64,000 nt of DNA, from positions 19,952-83,951 of the IMG/VR virus record IMGVR_UViG_3300036770_008702; one strand, 5' to 3'. Source of the stretch: a virus. Every line of letters starts with the position of its first letter. Position 1 is the first letter of the stretch. The translations under genes and the position numbers were made by a program. The notes beneath the pieces are model-generated. The model ran no database searches. It was not told where the DNA came from and was given only the letters and a program-made list of their open reading frames with translations. Positions 61,202 through 64,000 of the stretch are shown piece after piece.

Positions 61202-61233
61202 GATGTCCCGTCTCAAGCCCCTGGGTGGCTTTT
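61202..61233 (+). promoter_or_regulatory. Bipartite motif GATGTCCCG-N15-TGGCTTTT, candidate phage-sigma promoter for the recombinase operon
   Basis: Identical boxes and spacing to 57652-57683; 38 nt upstream of ATG 61272. Confidence 0.65.
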
Positions 61234-61271
61234 GATCGGTAACGACATCACCGAACACGCCCAACCGAGCC

Positions 61272-61490
61272 ATGAATCGCTCCAGCCCGCCCACCACCGG
61301 TCCCCATCTCCCACCGCACCTCCGCGAGGTCTGCGCCATCCTGGCCGCCGGCCTGCTGCGGCTGCGCAGCCGCAGCGCCGAGGAATGTGCCCGTGACGCC
61401 GCGGAGACCGGGGACCACGGAGAGTTTCGCCTACACTACGTGCCCCACCAGCGCGGTCATGCAACCCGGACCAACCGGAGAGACGCATGA
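61272..61490 (+). CDS. Small hypothetical protein preceding DUF2924
   Basis: LREVCAILAAGLLRLR; ATGA overlap with the next gene. Confidence 0.7.
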   Translation: MNRSSPPTTGPHLPPHLREVCAILAAGLLRLRSRSAEECARDAAETGDHGEFRLHYVPHQRGHATRTNRRDA

Positions 61491-61999
61491 CCAGACTGGC
61501 CAAACCCAAGGGCGCCGCGGCCACCGCCGCGCCCACCACGTTCCCCGCCATCCCGCCTGCCGACGTGCTGGGGCGCCTGGCGGCCCTGAAGACCGCGCCC
61601 GCCGCCGAGTTGCAGGCGCAGTGGCGAGAGCTCTTCGGCAAGGAGGCACCGCCGCACAACCGGACCTTCCTGCAGAGTCGACTGGCATACCGGGTGCAGG
61701 AGCTCGCTTACGGCGGGTTGAAGCCCGAGACGCTGCGGCGGCTCGAGGCGTTGGGCGAGCAGCTGGATGGCGGTAACCCGGTGCTGCGGCGGATCCGGGT
61801 CGACGACAAGCCGGTCACCGGCACGAAGCTGGTGCGGAACCACCAGGGGGTCGAGCACACCGTGACCGTGCTGGTCGACGGGTATTCCTGGGAAGGCCGC
61901 CCCTACAAGTCGCTGTCGGCCATCGCGCGCGCCATCACCGGCACGCGCTGGAATGGCTGGACGTTTTTCGGGATTGCGAACCGGCGGGGGTCAGCATGA
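61487..61999 (+). CDS. DUF2924-domain protein
   Basis: LAYRVQELAYGGL, YKSLSAIARAITGTRWNGWTFFG. Confidence 0.9.
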   Translation: MTRLAKPKGAAATAAPTTFPAIPPADVLGRLAALKTAPAAELQAQWRELFGKEAPPHNRTFLQSRLAYRVQELAYGGLKPETLRRLEALGEQLDGGNPVLRRIRVDDKPVTGTKLVRNHQGVEHTVTVLVDGYSWEGRPYKSLSAIARAITGTRWNGWTFFGIANRRGSA

Positions 62000-63345
62000 G
62001 CCGGAAATCTGGACTTCCCGCCGGTGGGAAGTCGACGGCAGCACCGCCTGTCCGTAAGGTCCGCTGCGCCGTCTACACCCGAAAATCCACAGACGAGGGG
62101 CTGGAGAAGGAATTCAACAGCCTGGACGCCCAGCGCGAGTCATGTGAGGCGTACATCGCCAGTCAGCGCACGGAGGGCTGGGTGCTGGTGCCCGACTACT
62201 ACGACGATGGCGGCATCTCCGGTGGCACGCTGGAGCGCCCGGCCCTGCAGCGCCTGCTGCGAGACATCGAGGCCGGCTTGGTCGACGTCGTGGCTGTCAA
62301 CAAGATTGACAGGCTGTCGCGTTCGCTGATGGATTTCGCCAAGCTGGTCGAGACCTTCGACGCCCACAACGTCACCTTCGTTTCGGTCACGCAGTCTTTC
62401 AACACGACGACCAGCATGGGCCGGTTGACGCTGAACATCCTGCTCAGCTTTGCTCAGTACGAACGCGAGATTATTGGCGAGCGGGTGCGCGACAAGATTG
62501 CGGCGTCCAAGGCGCGGGGCATGTGGATGGGTGGGCCAGTCCCGCTTGGCTACGACGTCCGCGACCGCAAGCTGGTAGTGAACGAGGTGGAAGCCGCGAC
62601 GGTGCGGCGCGTGTTCGATGCCTTCGCCACGATCGGTTCCGCCACGCAGCTAGTGCCGGCGCTGCGTGCCGAGGGCCTGCTGACCAAGATGGGGCGGCCG
62701 TTCGACAAGGGGGCGATCTACAAGACGCTGAGCCTTCGTACCTATCTCGGCGTCGTGACGCACCAGGGGAAGGTCTACCCTGGCGAGCACCAGGCGATCG
62801 TGCCGCAGGACCTGTGGGACCGGGCGCACGACATCATGCGGGAGAGCCCGCGCGTCCGCGCCAACGAGGCCCGCCGCCAGACACCGGCGCTGCTCCGCGG
62901 ATTGATCTTCGGGCCGGACGGCAGGGCGCTGTCGCCAACGCACACCCGTCGCAGGGGCAAGCTCTACACCTACTATGTGAGCCAGGCCGTGCTGAAGGGC
63001 ACCGACGACGGCGGTACGGTCCGCCGCATCTCGGCGGGCGAGATCGAGGCCGCAGTGATGGACCAGGTGCGGGCGCTGCTCTGCCAACCGGAGGTGGTGA
63101 TCGGCACGTGGCGCGCCGCGCAGGCCGAGGCGCCAGACCTGACCGCGGCTGAGACGCGCGTGGCACTGGAGCAGCTTGACCCGCTGTGGGACGAGTTGTT
63201 CCCCGCCGAGCAGGCGCGGATCGTGCGGAGCCTGGTCGAGCGTGTGGACATCAGCCCCGCGGGCGCCGACATTCGGTTACGGCTGGATGGCCTGGCCGGC
63301 TTGGTGCGCGATCTGCGGGCATCCCCCGTGCGCGAGGCCGCCTGA
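61996..63345 (+). CDS. Large serine recombinase (integrase)
   Basis: CAVYTRKS catalytic Ser, DDGGISG, RPALQRLL, KIDRLSRS, recombinase domain PLGYD. Confidence 0.95.
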   Translation: MSRKSGLPAGGKSTAAPPVRKVRCAVYTRKSTDEGLEKEFNSLDAQRESCEAYIASQRTEGWVLVPDYYDDGGISGGTLERPALQRLLRDIEAGLVDVVAVNKIDRLSRSLMDFAKLVETFDAHNVTFVSVTQSFNTTTSMGRLTLNILLSFAQYEREIIGERVRDKIAASKARGMWMGGPVPLGYDVRDRKLVVNEVEAATVRRVFDAFATIGSATQLVPALRAEGLLTKMGRPFDKGAIYKTLSLRTYLGVVTHQGKVYPGEHQAIVPQDLWDRAHDIMRESPRVRANEARRQTPALLRGLIFGPDGRALSPTHTRRRGKLYTYYVSQAVLKGTDDGGTVRRISAGEIEAAVMDQVRALLCQPEVVIGTWRAAQAEAPDLTAAETRVALEQLDPLWDELFPAEQARIVRSLVERVDISPAGADIRLRLDGLAGLVRDLRASPVREAA

Positions 63346-63722
63346 TGTCCGTCAGCATCACGGTGCGGGTGCCGGTCACCATCAGGAAGCGCGGCGGGCG
63401 GCGGCTGGTCGTGGCGCCCGATGGCGCACCCTGGTCGGCGCCGCGTGCACGAATCGACAACACGCTGGTCAAGGCATTGGCACGCGCCCACCGGTGGAAG
63501 AAGATGCTGGACGACGGCCGCTACGGGACGGTCACGGAACTGGCGGCGGGGGAGAAGCTGGATCGCGGCTACCTCGGCAAGATCCTGATGCTGACGCTGC
63601 TGGCGCCGGACATCGTGGAGGCGATCCTGGACGGGAGGCAGCCGGCCGAACTCGGGGTCCATGTGCTTCGGGAGGGGTTTCCGGTGGAATGGGGGGAGCA
63701 GAGGGCCAATCTGGTCGCCTGA
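63345..63722 (+). CDS. Recombinase-associated small protein (possible directionality factor)
   Basis: RKRGGRRLVVAPDG, LVKALARAHRW, LTLLAPDIVEAILDGRQP; TGATG coupling to the recombinase. Confidence 0.8.
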   Translation: MSVSITVRVPVTIRKRGGRRLVVAPDGAPWSAPRARIDNTLVKALARAHRWKKMLDDGRYGTVTELAAGEKLDRGYLGKILMLTLLAPDIVEAILDGRQPAELGVHVLREGFPVEWGEQRANLVA

Positions 63723-63779
63723 CGATATGTTGGATGGCGATAGGCATTGGGGGCGCTGCAATCTGCCCCGGGCGGGTAG

Positions 63780-64000
63780 GGCCAGTCGAGACGAATGGCG
63801 TCATAGAGAGGTTCTTCCGGACGATGAAGGAGCAGGCCATCCACGGCCGCGTCTTCCAGACCATCGACGAGGTCCGCGACGCTGTCCGCGCCTTCGCGGC
63901 CCGCTACAACGCCAAGTGCCTGATCGAGAAGAACGGCTACCTCAGCCCACTCGCCGCTCGCGCCGGTCGCATCGACACGACCCGACGGCACGCTGCATAG
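63780..64000 (+). pseudogene. IS3-family transposase C-terminal fragment
   Basis: ETNGVIERFFRTMKEQAIHGRVF...YN...GYLSP integrase-core end with no N-terminal part. Confidence 0.8.

Larger units (their letters stand above)
17402..63722. mobile_element. Lambda-like (cos/GpA-type) siphovirus prophage with serine-recombinase module; boundaries approximate
   Basis: Colinear tail, head, packaging, methylase, replication, regulation and recombinase modules. att sites were not identified, so both ends may extend further. Confidence 0.92.

Overview
High-GC, alphaproteobacterial-looking DNA (Acetobacteraceae/Roseomonas-like by impression only). It has three parts. (1) 1-10.3 kb is a defence cluster: a large SIR2-domain (Dsr1-like) gene that runs off the left edge and is missing from the ORF track, and a type I R-M operon hsdM-hsdS-rhuM-hsdR. 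A structured non-coding segment that may be an element junction follows. (2) 10.7-18.4 kb is mixed accessory DNA: a cold-shock protein, an orphan PAS histidine kinase, a GT2 glycosyltransferase, IS fragments, AT-rich ORFs and two decayed copies of a phage tail-accessory gene. (3) About 17.4-63.7 kb is an apparently near-complete lambda-like siphovirus prophage, mostly on the minus strand. It carries tail, tape measure (with 26-aa tandem repeats), a G/GT frameshifted chaperone, lysis, a protease-capsid fusion, portal, terminase, two ParB-methyltransferases, a putative cos, and a replication module, with DUF2924 / serine recombinase / RDF-like genes on the plus strand. The most notable feature is the control region, where I see no CI/Cro pair. 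Instead there is a 749-aa wHTH-tailed protein, then a Com-like zinc finger, then an ECF-like sigma factor whose RBS is locked in a hairpin. Two identical bipartite motifs (GATGTCCCG-N15-TGGCTTTT) point outward into the replication and recombinase operons. Two antisense cargo genes (a nitrilase-family amidohydrolase and a low-GC membrane protein) and an IS1182 sit inside the late operon. All family calls come from motif recognition by eye; no searches were run.
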